From: a marine group bacterium Sva0996 bin134
GTDB lineage: Bacteria > Actinomycetota > Acidimicrobiia > Acidimicrobiales > Bin134
Assembly: GCA_002239105.1 (NCBI GenBank)
Contig: MPNQ01000006.1
Location: 69,880-133,879 of the forward strand
Reading direction: 5' to 3'
DNA length: 64,000 nt
Shown here: positions 53,352 to 62,841 of the stretch, one piece after another
How the letters are laid out: each line of letters starts with the position of its first letter
Position numbering within the stretch: the first letter of the stretch is position 1
Notes under the pieces: generated by a model
The model's input: the letters and a program-made list of their open reading frames with translations, nothing else
Database searches by the model: none
What the model was told of the DNA's origin: nothing
Translations under genes and position numbers: made by a program

Positions 53352-54005
53352 ATGTCAGACGTACAAGGCATGGCAGGCGGAACCGAAACCGGCTACCCGG
53401 CACGACTAGATGTCGAGTACCCCGAATCGGGGCTCAGTCGGGTAAAGACGCTTTTCCGCATCGTGCTGCTCATCCCCATCGCGATCTTGGCCGGACTGGT
53501 CACCGGCCAGATCGGCGGCATCGGGCTGGACGATAGCGAGGGCTGGCGAGGTTTGGCCGGTGGCGCTCTGTTCCTGCCCACATTGCTGATGATCCTGTTC
53601 CGTCGCAAGTATCCGAGGTGGTGGTTCGACTGGAACCTCGAACTCACGAGATTCACCACCCGCGTGGGGGCCTACTTTGGGCTGCTGCGAGCGGAATACC
53701 CCTCAACCGATGAGGAACAAGCCGTCCGCCTCGACTTGGACTACCCAGACGCGTCCCGCGACCTGAATCGTTGGCTGCCGATAGTCAAGTGGATTCTCGC
53801 CATCCCGCACTACATCGTGCTGGCAATACTGGGCGTCGGAGTCCTCCTTAGCGTGGTGATCGCATGGTTCGCAATCATCTTCACCGGTCGCTACCCGCGC
53901 GGCCTCTTCAACTATGTGGTCGGGGTAAACCGCTGGGGACTGCGAGTCTGGGCCTACATGTGGCTGCTCATCACCGACCGCTATCCCCCCTTCTCATTGA
54001 AGTAA
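53352..54005 (+). CDS. DUF4389 domain membrane protein
   Basis: YPARLDVEYPESGLSRVKTLFRIVLLIPIAIL...WILAIPHYIVLAIL...FTGRYPRGLFNYVVGVNRWGLRV. Confidence 0.7.
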   Translation: MSDVQGMAGGTETGYPARLDVEYPESGLSRVKTLFRIVLLIPIAILAGLVTGQIGGIGLDDSEGWRGLAGGALFLPTLLMILFRRKYPRWWFDWNLELTRFTTRVGAYFGLLRAEYPSTDEEQAVRLDLDYPDASRDLNRWLPIVKWILAIPHYIVLAILGVGVLLSVVIAWFAIIFTGRYPRGLFNYVVGVNRWGLRVWAYMWLLITDRYPPFSLK

Positions 54006-54341
54006 CACTTGCCAGCTCAGCTGGCCCTGAAATCGAAATCGTGGGAATGACACGAGATGGTCAGTTGCTCCGGTAACATGTGGGCTGCCGCTTCGTAGGG
54101 GGTTCTAATCCGACAGGTCGGGTTCGGACCAGGGCACGCGGATTTCAAGGCAGGCTTTGCGCATATTTGGCGCCAGGGCCTAGTGAAATCTGAAGGAGCC
54201 ATCGGTGCCAATTCGCCCTCGGCCCAACCCCTTTGGTTTGGGTCGCCTGACAGGTGTTCGTAGCCCCCATTCCAAGCGCTCTACCGGTCGCCGTACGACC
54301 CAGTTCGTTGTTGTTGTTGCGCTGGCTGTCATCGCATCATC

Positions 54342-55583
54342 GTGCCTGCCGATTGGAACGGCATCGACGAACACACACGCGTCGCTCAAAACGGAATTCA
54401 TCCCGGCCCAAGATCGTCCGTTACCGGTGTGTCAGCGGCAACGAGGCTGGGAGCCTCCACAGCATCTGGAATTGAAACCGCGATTGCATCGTCAGGGATT
54501 CGAAACGCCTCTGGGTCTGCGCCCGACTCCAACTCCGAAAAGGCCACGCTCTCGCCCCCAGAGGAGGCCCCTGAACGCGTGTGGCTGGTCGCAGACGAAG
54601 AACAAGCCACCAATATGGCAGCCCTCGGCTACCAAGTAGGCGAGCGGGTGATCGTTGCCTCCGGCGATCTTCGGACCCTCCCCCCCGAGACGAGAGAGGT
54701 GATCTCCCGCGCTTCAGAAGTAAGAGTGGGTCCGGGCCTGGATGAGGACTCAGCCTGGCAATTGGAGGCGATCCGCCGGGGCTATCAGATTCCCGGCGGC
54801 GGCCTGCTCATATTCGAACCAGGCTTCGATCGCCGCATGGTGGCCATATACGGCCATCCATCGACATCGGGCCTTGGCGTGCTAGGAGAACAGGGTCCCG
54901 ATGGAGGTGTCGAGCGCCTCCGATCCATCGCCAACGACTACGGCGCTGACGGTTCAGTTGTGCTGCCCACCTTCGAGATCATCGCCACGGTTGCGTCGGC
55001 CAGCGCCGGCGGAGACGGAGACTATTCGGCTATGACCGCTCGGGATGTGATCAGGCCTTGGATCGAGACAGCAGCGGCCAATGACATGTACGTGGTGCTG
55101 GACCTACAGTCGGGTCGGACTGACTTCTTGACCCAGGCAAAGGCCTACGAGGAGTTCCTCCGCCTGCCCCACGTCGGACTGGCCCTCGATCCGGAGTGGA
55201 GGCTCAAGCCTCACCAGGTCCACCTGGCCCAGATCGGCACGGTGGACGCGGCCGAAATCAACCAGGTCGTAGAATGGCTGGCCGGCATTGTCCGCGATGA
55301 AGCCCTTCCCCAAAAGCTGTTGATCGTTCATCAATTCGCATACTCAATGATCACCAACCGCCAACACATCGACACTCCCCCCGAGCTAGCGGTGCTCATC
55401 CACATGGATGGCCAAGGCTCTCTGGAGGGCAAGTACAACACCTGGAACAACTTGACCAAAGAGCCCGACGCCGACCAGTTCTATTGGGGTTGGAAGAACT
55501 TCTACGACGAAGACTCCCCCACCGCCACCCCCGAACAGGTTTTGGAACTCACCCCCAACCCAGTGTTCGTATCCTTCCAGTAG
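54342..55583 (+). CDS. hypothetical secreted/cell-envelope protein; N-terminus unresolved (see finding on frame split)
   Basis: Long ORF with host-like codon bias and a conserved-looking C-terminal region (GLALDPEWRL...LLIVHQF...LIHMDGQG). There is no signal peptide in this frame, but a signal plus lipobox is encoded in another frame from 54205. Confidence 0.6.
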   Translation: MPADWNGIDEHTRVAQNGIHPGPRSSVTGVSAATRLGASTASGIETAIASSGIRNASGSAPDSNSEKATLSPPEEAPERVWLVADEEQATNMAALGYQVGERVIVASGDLRTLPPETREVISRASEVRVGPGLDEDSAWQLEAIRRGYQIPGGGLLIFEPGFDRRMVAIYGHPSTSGLGVLGEQGPDGGVERLRSIANDYGADGSVVLPTFEIIATVASASAGGDGDYSAMTARDVIRPWIETAAANDMYVVLDLQSGRTDFLTQAKAYEEFLRLPHVGLALDPEWRLKPHQVHLAQIGTVDAAEINQVVEWLAGIVRDEALPQKLLIVHQFAYSMITNRQHIDTPPELAVLIHMDGQGSLEGKYNTWNNLTKEPDADQFYWGWKNFYDEDSPTATPEQVLELTPNPVFVSFQ

Positions 55584-55655
55584 GACCCTAGGGGGCCTAG
55601 GCTTCTCCGTATCAGCTACCGGACCCTGGTCGGCTTGGACTACTAGATTGCTTCC

Positions 55656-56978
55656 ATGACCGCTGTCACGCCCGATTCTGAAACTTCGCCCGGCGCTTTC
55701 GTTAAACCGCCGCCAGCGACTGAGGCGGATCCCCACAATCCGATTCACAACGCATTTTGGAGGCGAGACCGCCGGGTGGTGGACGAGGAACTAAAGCAGG
55801 TGTGTACCCGGCCGCTCACGTTCTATCCCGGGTTCGAGTTCACGGGTGATCTAGAGAGCGTCCGAACCCCGGGCGCCTGGTTCGTCACCCGGCATTCCAC
55901 CATCCTCGAGGTGTCCCGCAACTCGCAGATCTACTCCTCGTCGTCGGGAGTCACCATCAATGACTTCCCACCTGAATTCAACGAGTACTTCAACTCGATC
56001 ATCGCCATGGACGACCCCCGCCATGCCCGGCTGAGAAAGATCGTTTCGGCCGGCTTCACCCCCCGGATGCTGGCCCGGCTGGAAGACTCAGTTCAGGACC
56101 AGGCCAAGCTGATCGTGGATCAAGTATGCGAGCGGGGCGAGTGCGATTTTGTCACTGACGTGGCGGCCCGGCTGCCGCTGCGCATTGTGTGCGACCTCAT
56201 GGGGATCCCCGCATCTGAGCACGACTTCGTGTTCGACCAGTCGAACGTGATCCTGGGGGCGGCCGACGACGAGTATGTGCCCGAGTTCGGGGACTTCGTC
56301 ACCGCCATTCTCACCGCTGGTGCGGCCTTGTCCCAGCTCATGGACGATGTGGCGGAGACCAAGGTGGGAGTGGACGACGGCGACCTGACCAGCGTTTTGG
56401 TCAATGCCGAAGTAGACGGCGAGCGGCTCACACGCGCCGAACTGGCCAGCTTTTTCATCCTGTTGGTGGTGGCCGGCAACGAGACCACCCGCAACGCCAT
56501 CAGCTGGGGCCTGGTGCATCTCACCGACCATCCCGATCAGCGCAAAATCTGGACTGACGACTTCGAGGGCGTGGCCCACAGCGCGGTGGAGGAGATCGTG
56601 CGCGTCGCCAGCCCGGTCACCTACATGCGCCGCACCGTGCTGAGCGACACGGTGCTGGAAGGCCAAAAGCTAGATGAGGGCGACATGGTGGTGATGAACT
56701 ACTTGTGCGCCAACCGGGACGAGTCGGTTTTCGACGACCCGCACAAATTCGATGTCCTGCGCGACCCGAATCCCCATGTGGGCTACGGCGGCCCCGGACC
56801 GCACTACTGCCTCGGGGCGCACCTGGCCCGCCGGGAGATCAAGGTGATGTTCCGCGAGATTTTCGACCGCATCGGCGATATCCGGGCCACCGGCGAACCC
56901 GACCCACTCTCGTCAGCCTTCATCCACGGTATTAAACACCTGCCTGCCGAATTCACCCCCGCTGGGCCAACCGGTTGA
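55656..56978 (+). CDS. cytochrome P450 (CYP125-like)
   Basis: I-helix AGNETTRNAI, ExxR EEIVRV, heme loop YGGPGPHYCLGAHLA. Confidence 0.85.
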   Translation: MTAVTPDSETSPGAFVKPPPATEADPHNPIHNAFWRRDRRVVDEELKQVCTRPLTFYPGFEFTGDLESVRTPGAWFVTRHSTILEVSRNSQIYSSSSGVTINDFPPEFNEYFNSIIAMDDPRHARLRKIVSAGFTPRMLARLEDSVQDQAKLIVDQVCERGECDFVTDVAARLPLRIVCDLMGIPASEHDFVFDQSNVILGAADDEYVPEFGDFVTAILTAGAALSQLMDDVAETKVGVDDGDLTSVLVNAEVDGERLTRAELASFFILLVVAGNETTRNAISWGLVHLTDHPDQRKIWTDDFEGVAHSAVEEIVRVASPVTYMRRTVLSDTVLEGQKLDEGDMVVMNYLCANRDESVFDDPHKFDVLRDPNPHVGYGGPGPHYCLGAHLARREIKVMFREIFDRIGDIRATGEPDPLSSAFIHGIKHLPAEFTPAGPTG

Positions 56979-57700
56979 GCGTTTCCCGGTCGAGGTGGCG
57001 AAACACGCCCTCAGCCAGTGCGGTGACTTGGCCGTCTTGGAGTGCATGTCCCTTGACTTCGGTGATGGTGCCGTCAAAGGCCTCCACCCAGCCCTCAAAG
57101 ACTGTTTCCACGTCTAACAGAGTGGGACGCCGATAGCGCACCGACAGCATCATGGTGGGACCGCTGGCGTTCCTGGTGGAGCAGGCGCTGGTGAACACCA
57201 TGTCGAAGGCTGAGGCGATGGCTGCCCCGTGGACGCAGCCCGGCGGACCTTCATACACCGTGGTGAACACCGCTCGGCCCCGGGTCTTGGGCGGGTCGGA
57301 ATCCATGTCCACCACCATTTCCACCGGCACCGCGGCGGGATTGCATATGCCGGTCACGTAGTCGAATGGTGCCCGCTTGTGGGTGATCGGGGGGCCTTCG
57401 ATATCCGGTCCCCCGGGGCCGAACCGGGGAGGAGGCTCGGCGGGCACATGGGCCTCGATGCGATCAGCTAGGGCGTCGGCCTCCGCCGCCAAGGCTGCGG
57501 TATCGGCGGGGGGGGGGGGGGTGGGGGGGGGGGGGGGCGCGACGCAGGGGCCGGGGCGCGGGCGAGGCCGTGTTGGTGACGGTAGCGGCTACCAGTCGGC
57601 GCACGGCGTCGGCCAGCGCTCGCAACTCCCGCTCCCGGCCGGCCACCGCCGGATGGTCGATGGCCTGGAATGGGCCGCCTGGCTGATTGATATGGGCCAC
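56953..57700 (-). pseudogene. PaaI/hotdog-fold thioesterase whose reading frame is broken at a poly-G tract (or a sequencing/assembly artefact)
   Basis: The hotdog core (GCVHGAAIASAFDMVF) lies in frame 56953..57492. A credible N-terminus (MAHINQPGGPFQAIDHPAVAGRERELRALADAVRRLVAATV) lies in frame 57464..57700. The frames differ by 1 nt and meet inside the tract at 57508-57537. Confidence 0.55.
57508..57537. repeat. G14-T-G15 homopolymer tract
   Basis: Read directly: 14 G (57508-57521), T (57522), 15 G (57523-57537). Confidence 0.95.
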
Positions 57701-57775
57701 GACGGCAACGGTATGTTTTGGGCAGCATCCGGGCGCAACCAGGCGCCGAAGAACCTCAACCCTCTAGGAGCCCCC

Positions 57776-58639
57776 ATGCCCATCGACCCAACAGCCGCCG
57801 GCGCAGAGAGCGAACCGAGCACCTCGAGCTGGAAGTCGAAAGACGCCCTTTTATATGCCCTGGGCGTGGGTGCCGGTGTGACCGATCCCACCGGGTTCGA
57901 GCTGGAGTTCACCACCGAGAACACCAATGATGTCGAGCAGAAGGCACTGCCCACCATGTGTGTGGTGCTGGGCGGCGGTTTGGGCGGCGCCAACAGCCCC
58001 TTGGCCAAGATCGGCACCTACAACCCCGCCCTGTTGGTTCACGGCGAGCAGGGCTTCACCCTCCACAAGCCACTTCCGGTGGAGGCCACGGTCAGCTCGG
58101 TCACCCGTGTCGCCGGCATATACGACAAGGGCAAGGCCGCATTGGTGGTGTTGGAGGGCGAGGCCACCGACACCGCCGACGGGCAGCCCCTGTTCACCAC
58201 CACCAGCGCGCTGTTCATCCGCGGCGAAGGGGGCTGGGGCGGAGACCGGGGTCCGGCCAGCCCGGCCAAGGTCCCCGAGCGCGATGCCGACCACGTGGTC
58301 ACCTACCAGACCCGCAGCGACCAGGCGCTGCTCTACCGGCTCAATGGCGACCGCAATCCGCTGCACTCCGACCCTTCGTTCGCCGCCGCCGGCGGGTTCG
58401 ACACCCCGATCCTGCACGGCCTATGCACCTATGGCTTCACTGGGCGGGCTTTGCTGCACGGCCTGTGTGACAGCGACCCGGCCCGCTTCAAGTCGATGCA
58501 CGGCCGGTTCTCTTCCCCAGTGCTGCCCGGTGAGACACTGGATGTCCACATCTGGGACGAGGGCGGCGGATCAGCCCGGTTCCAGACCCGGGTGGGCGAC
58601 CGGGTTGTGCTCGACGCCGGAACCGTCACCTTCGAATAG
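57776..58639 (+). CDS. MaoC-like (R)-specific enoyl-CoA hydratase, double hotdog (Hsd4B / MFE-2 hydratase-like)
   Basis: ORF 57377.. trimmed to ATG 57776 (GGAG upstream); the upstream part reads through the poly-G tract. DALLYALGVGAG, YRLNGDRNPLHSDP, ILHGLCTYG. Confidence 0.85.
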   Translation: MPIDPTAAGAESEPSTSSWKSKDALLYALGVGAGVTDPTGFELEFTTENTNDVEQKALPTMCVVLGGGLGGANSPLAKIGTYNPALLVHGEQGFTLHKPLPVEATVSSVTRVAGIYDKGKAALVVLEGEATDTADGQPLFTTTSALFIRGEGGWGGDRGPASPAKVPERDADHVVTYQTRSDQALLYRLNGDRNPLHSDPSFAAAGGFDTPILHGLCTYGFTGRALLHGLCDSDPARFKSMHGRFSSPVLPGETLDVHIWDEGGGSARFQTRVGDRVVLDAGTVTFE

Positions 58640-58677
58640 TCGTAGGGCGACAGCCCACATCAAGAGCTGCTCACCGG

Positions 58678-59514
58678 CTACTCGCCGAAAGCCCCGTCTA
58701 TGTGCTGATCGACCAGCGCGGTGATGGGCAGGTCGACGCCTAGCTCCTCGCCCAAGGCGAGTGCGCCGCCCAAGTCTTTGTGGGCGATGCGGGTAAAGCT
58801 GCCGCCGAACGATGGGGGCGGGTAGACGATCGGGCGACTAAAGACGCCCATGTGGGGGCCGATGTTACGGTCGGAATAGCTCACGATGTCGGCGAACGCT
58901 TTCAGATCCACTCCGGCAGCCGCAGCCAACGCGATGGCCTCGTAGGCCACGGCAAATTCGGCATAGCTGATGAGATTGCGGGCCACCTTGGCCTGAAGCC
59001 CGGCCCCCAGCGGGCCGACGTTGATAACCATGCCTCCGTATCGCTCGAAGTGTGGGCGACCCTGCTCTGTGTGGGCCTCATCCCCTCCACAGAACACCAC
59101 AAGATCCCGGTTCTGAGCCGAGGCCGCGCCACCGGTCACTGGGGCATCGATCACCGTCACGCCGACTGCGGCGGCCTCGGCAGCCGTCTCGATCACAGTG
59201 GCGGGCAGGACAGTGGAGTGGATGGCCACCAGCGCCCCCGACTCGGCAGCCCCGACGATGGCCCCGTCGTCGCCCGTACACACCTGGCGCACCTGGACGT
59301 CGTCGATCACTACCACAGCAACCAGGTCTACCTGGCGGGCCAACTCCCCCACGGAGCCAGCCGGGACACCGCCCAGCTCGGTGAAGCGCCCCATGGCCTC
59401 CTCGGAGATGTCGTAGCCCACCACGGTCACGTCGTCGTCCCATTGGCCGGTCAGCACGCCCTCGGCGATGGCGCCGCCCATGTCGCCCAATCCGATGATT
59501 CCCAGTCGGGTCAT
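58678..59514 (-). CDS. NAD(P)-dependent oxidoreductase (3-hydroxyisobutyrate dehydrogenase / 6PGDH-NAD-binding family)
   Basis: MTRLGIIGLGDMGGAIA Rossmann motif. 278 aa. Confidence 0.8.
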   Translation of the reverse strand: MTRLGIIGLGDMGGAIAEGVLTGQWDDDVTVVGYDISEEAMGRFTELGGVPAGSVGELARQVDLVAVVVIDDVQVRQVCTGDDGAIVGAAESGALVAIHSTVLPATVIETAAEAAAVGVTVIDAPVTGGAASAQNRDLVVFCGGDEAHTEQGRPHFERYGGMVINVGPLGAGLQAKVARNLISYAEFAVAYEAIALAAAAGVDLKAFADIVSYSDRNIGPHMGVFSRPIVYPPPSFGGSFTRIAHKDLGGALALGEELGVDLPITALVDQHIDGAFGE

Positions 59515-59532
59515 TGTTGTTCCTTTTCTTTC

Positions 59533-60672
59533 TCAGCGGAGTGGTCTGAAGAACTCACGCACTTCTTCCACCAGCTTGTCCGGGTTCTCCAAGGCCGGGA
59601 AGTGGCCGCCGTCGTCGATTTCGGTCCACCGGGTGATGTTGTAGAAGGGCTCGGCCAGCTCCCGGGGAGGGCGGTTCTTCTCGTTGAACACCGCCACGCC
59701 GGTGGGCACAGAAATCCTTGGCGGCTGGTTGAACGCCGAGCCAGCCCCGAAGCTCTCGTAGTACATGCGCATCGACGGGCCGATGGTGGCGGTGGCCCAG
59801 TAGATGGTGAGCAGGGTGCACAGCTCGTCGAGCGTGTAACGCCGGGCCAGGTCGCGCCCGCCGGGGCCGTCGATGTCGCTCCACCGCCACCACTTCTCGA
59901 TGATCCAGGCGGCCAGGCCGGCGGGTGAGTCGGTGAGGCCCACCGCCGCGGTCTGCGGCTTGGTGCGCTGGAGGTGCACATAGCCCCACTCTCGGTCGCG
60001 GTACTGCTTCACCCCTTCCCACCATTCCCGCTGCTCAGCGGTGAGGGCAGCCTCGTCGATGGGCGGGGCCACCATGTTGAGGTGGATGCCCACCATGTGG
60101 TCGGGATGGGCTGCCCCCAGCGCCGCGCTCACTGCCGAACCCCAGTCACCGCCTTGGGCCCCGAACCGCTCATAGCCGAGCGCGGCCATCAGCTCTGCCC
60201 ACAGGTCGGCTACCCGGGCCGACGACATCCCCGGTCGCGACGGCGGCGAGGAGAACCCGTAGCCGGGCAGCGACGGAGCCACCACGTGGAAGGCGTCGGC
60301 CGGGTCGCCGCCAAATGCAGCCGGGTCGCTGAGCGGGCCGACCACCTTGTGCATCTCCCAAAAGCAGCTGGGCCAACCGTGGGTGATGACCAGCGGCAGC
60401 GGATTTGGACCCCGCCCCTGGGCGTGGATGAAGTGGATGTCGAGCCCGTCGATGCGATGGGCGAACTGGGGCAGTTCGTTGAGCGCGGCCTCGTGCGACC
60501 TCCAGTCGTAGCTGTGGCGCCAATAGCGGCACAGCTCGGCGATATAGGAGGTGTCCGACCCGTAGTCCCACCCCGCCCCCGCCAGCGCCTGGGGCCACCG
60601 GGTGGCGTCTAAGCGCCGGTGCAGGTCGTCGATTACCTCGTCGGGCACCTCAATCTGAAACGGCTCGGCCAC
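59533..60672 (-). CDS. epoxide hydrolase (EHN N-terminal domain + alpha/beta hydrolase)
   Basis: FQIEVPDEVIDDLHRRLDATRWP, HGWPSCFWE, and nucleophile elbow GGDWGS. Confidence 0.85.
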   Translation of the reverse strand: MAEPFQIEVPDEVIDDLHRRLDATRWPQALAGAGWDYGSDTSYIAELCRYWRHSYDWRSHEAALNELPQFAHRIDGLDIHFIHAQGRGPNPLPLVITHGWPSCFWEMHKVVGPLSDPAAFGGDPADAFHVVAPSLPGYGFSSPPSRPGMSSARVADLWAELMAALGYERFGAQGGDWGSAVSAALGAAHPDHMVGIHLNMVAPPIDEAALTAEQREWWEGVKQYRDREWGYVHLQRTKPQTAAVGLTDSPAGLAAWIIEKWWRWSDIDGPGGRDLARRYTLDELCTLLTIYWATATIGPSMRMYYESFGAGSAFNQPPRISVPTGVAVFNEKNRPPRELAEPFYNITRWTEIDDGGHFPALENPDKLVEEVREFFRPLR

Positions 60673-60702
60673 GGCGCCAGGGTAGTCAGACCGCTCGTCG
60701 GT

Positions 60703-62301
60703 TCAGCGGTCGCCGAGGGCGTAGAAGCCGCCGGCTCGATCGGCCACATACATAACGCCGTTCCACACGGCTGGGGTGGACTCAACACAGCCCCCCAGTG
60801 ACATCCGCCAAATCTGGGGTGGTTCGACCCAGGGGAGGGAGATGTCGAAGCCGTAGATGGCGCCGGCGCAGTCACCTTGGATGAGCACGTCGTCGATAAC
60901 CACCGGCGATGACCACACCGGTCCTGCCAACCGCTTCGACCAAACAATCTCGCCGGTCTCGCGGCTCAGCCCGTACAAGTAGCCGGCGTTTGTGGGCACG
61001 TACACCATCTCATCGGTCAGCGCCGGGGTGGCCCACACCCCGTCGGTGGCGGCGTTGCGAAGGTCTGTCCCCCATACCAGGGGATTGTCGGCTGAGGGGT
61101 CCAGCTTGAGCATCTGGCCCAGCTCTCGGCTGCGGGCCGTACCCCGCTCATATTCCACTCCGACGTATAGGAACCCGTCGGCATCGGCCACCAGGGTCGC
61201 ATCCACATCGTCGCCCGCCCAGTAGCGGAACACCCGCTCGGGGTCTTGCCCCTCGGTCAGGCCGGTGATATCCCAGCCCTGCACCAGGCCACCGGAGTTG
61301 GCGAAGTACAGGGTATTGCCCACCACGGTCATCCCGCCCTCGATGGAAACGTTGTTGTCGCCTATCGCGCTGAGCAGTTCCTGATCCCAGCCTGGGCTGT
61401 TGAACACCAGTTCGGGATCGATGGCCACCAAGCCGTCGGAGCCGTAGCGGCGGTTCAGCTTCACGATGTGGAATTGGCTGTTCTCCCCGCCCACGAACAA
61501 GAAGTCGTCCAGCACCAGCGCGGCGCTATCCCAGTCGTTGTTCCACAGCGTCGGCGACACGTCATAGGCGTACAGCGACCACAACTCAACGGGCTCATCG
61601 CGGTCGAAGGCAATGATCCTGAAGTAGTCGTCCCGGGATCCGAAGTACACCAGGGGGTAGCCGTCGGGATCGACAGTCACCGAACCCTTGATCAGGTCTC
61701 CTACCAGGAATTCTGGAAGCAGTTGCTCGCCGGTGACAGCGTTCAGGAAATGGACTGCGGGGGTGTACATGCCCGCGATCACCCAGGTTTGGTCATCCCA
61801 CCACTCGACTATTGCGGGCTGGCCGGTCCACCCGCTGCCACACCACTGGGTGATGCCGGCAGCCCAAGAGGTGAGTGAGCACAGGTCCCGCTCGGGGGTG
61901 CCGGTGAATCGCCACAGCACCTCCGGCGATTGGGGGGCGGGGCCGGTGCCGTAGAAGGTCCGAGTGGGGTTGCCCCGGAACGTGAGCAGGCCGGACACCG
62001 TCCCGTGGGGTTGTCCGGCGGTGGTCGGATCCACCCACCCCGGATAGGGCGTGGGCGTCGGGGCTGGGACCGGAGTCGGAGTTGGGGTCGCAGTAGGCGT
62101 CGGGGTGGGAATGGGCGTTTCAGATGGTGTCGAGGCAAGGGTGGGAGTGGCGGCCGGGACCACCGGTCTGGAGACCGTGGAGGTAGTTAGCACGGGCTCA
62201 TCCACATCGAAGAGCTGCCCATCGGCCACTACCGCCACTATTCCAACGGCGGCGGCAACCACTGCGATCACAGCCCACGATCTCCACACATGCACTTGCA
62301 C
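60703..62301 (-). CDS. PQQ-like beta-propeller repeat protein, membrane-anchored/secreted
   Basis: N-terminal TM helix (WAVIAVVAAAVGIVAVVA), a Pro/Thr linker (TPTPTPTATPTPTPVPAPTPTP), and repeated propeller blades (GYLYGLSRETGEIVW, GAIYGFD, GGFYALGD). Confidence 0.75.
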   Translation of the reverse strand: MQVHVWRSWAVIAVVAAAVGIVAVVADGQLFDVDEPVLTTSTVSRPVVPAATPTLASTPSETPIPTPTPTATPTPTPVPAPTPTPYPGWVDPTTAGQPHGTVSGLLTFRGNPTRTFYGTGPAPQSPEVLWRFTGTPERDLCSLTSWAAGITQWCGSGWTGQPAIVEWWDDQTWVIAGMYTPAVHFLNAVTGEQLLPEFLVGDLIKGSVTVDPDGYPLVYFGSRDDYFRIIAFDRDEPVELWSLYAYDVSPTLWNNDWDSAALVLDDFLFVGGENSQFHIVKLNRRYGSDGLVAIDPELVFNSPGWDQELLSAIGDNNVSIEGGMTVVGNTLYFANSGGLVQGWDITGLTEGQDPERVFRYWAGDDVDATLVADADGFLYVGVEYERGTARSRELGQMLKLDPSADNPLVWGTDLRNAATDGVWATPALTDEMVYVPTNAGYLYGLSRETGEIVWSKRLAGPVWSSPVVIDDVLIQGDCAGAIYGFDISLPWVEPPQIWRMSLGGCVESTPAVWNGVMYVADRAGGFYALGDR

Positions 62302-62313
62302 TACCGTAGAGCC

Positions 62314-62841
62314 ATGGCGATCGAATATCTGGACCCCAAGGCAGAACCGGCAGAGCCGGTGACCCCCTATGCGCTGTCAGCAGGTGGTGGAACTCTCACC
62401 GTCGGGCTCTTGGCCAACGGTTTCCCCGACTCGGTACCGTTCCTAGACGCAGTGGGCGAGAGCCTGCGCCGGGTGCGCCCCGACTTGGAGGTTCGGGCCT
62501 GGAACAAGGGCAACGCCTCGATGGTGGCCGACGACCAGCTCATGGGCGAGATCACCGACGGCTGCGACGTAGTGGTGGCCGCCTACGGCCATTGAGGAAG
62601 CTGCACCAGCGGCACCGTGCGTGACGCCATCGCAGCCGCCCGCCGAGAGACCCCGGCAGTGGCCTTGGTGACCACCAAGTTCTCCCCCCAAGGCGATTTC
62701 GTGGCCCGCTCCGCGGGAATGCCCGACATTCCCCGGGTGATCCTCCCTCATCCCGTGGCTGGCACTGGAGAGAAGGCCATGAAAATGGTGGCCGACGACA
62801 TTGTCGACGAGGTGCTTCAGGCACTGGGCGCCGCCGGATGA
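62314..62841 (+). CDS. UGSC-motif protein with in-frame TGA (candidate selenocysteine at codon 94)
   Basis: ORFs 62290..62595 and 62617..62841 are in the same frame, separated only by TGA 62593-62595. Read through, this gives ...VVVAAYGH-U-GSCTSGTVRDAIAAARRE... G/C third-position bias continues on both sides. The ATG at 62314 is chosen as the start. Confidence 0.6.

Noticed and set aside
54010-54024. Palindrome GCCAGCTCAGCTGGC just after the DUF4389 stop
   Set aside because: It has a short stem, a 1-3 nt loop and no T-run, so it is too weak to call a terminator.
62040-62110. Short-period DNA repetition (Pro/Thr codons) that could look like a tandem repeat or array
   Set aside because: It encodes the TPTPTPTATPTPTPVPAPTPTP linker of the beta-propeller protein. 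There is no spacer/repeat structure, so it is not a CRISPR array or a satellite.
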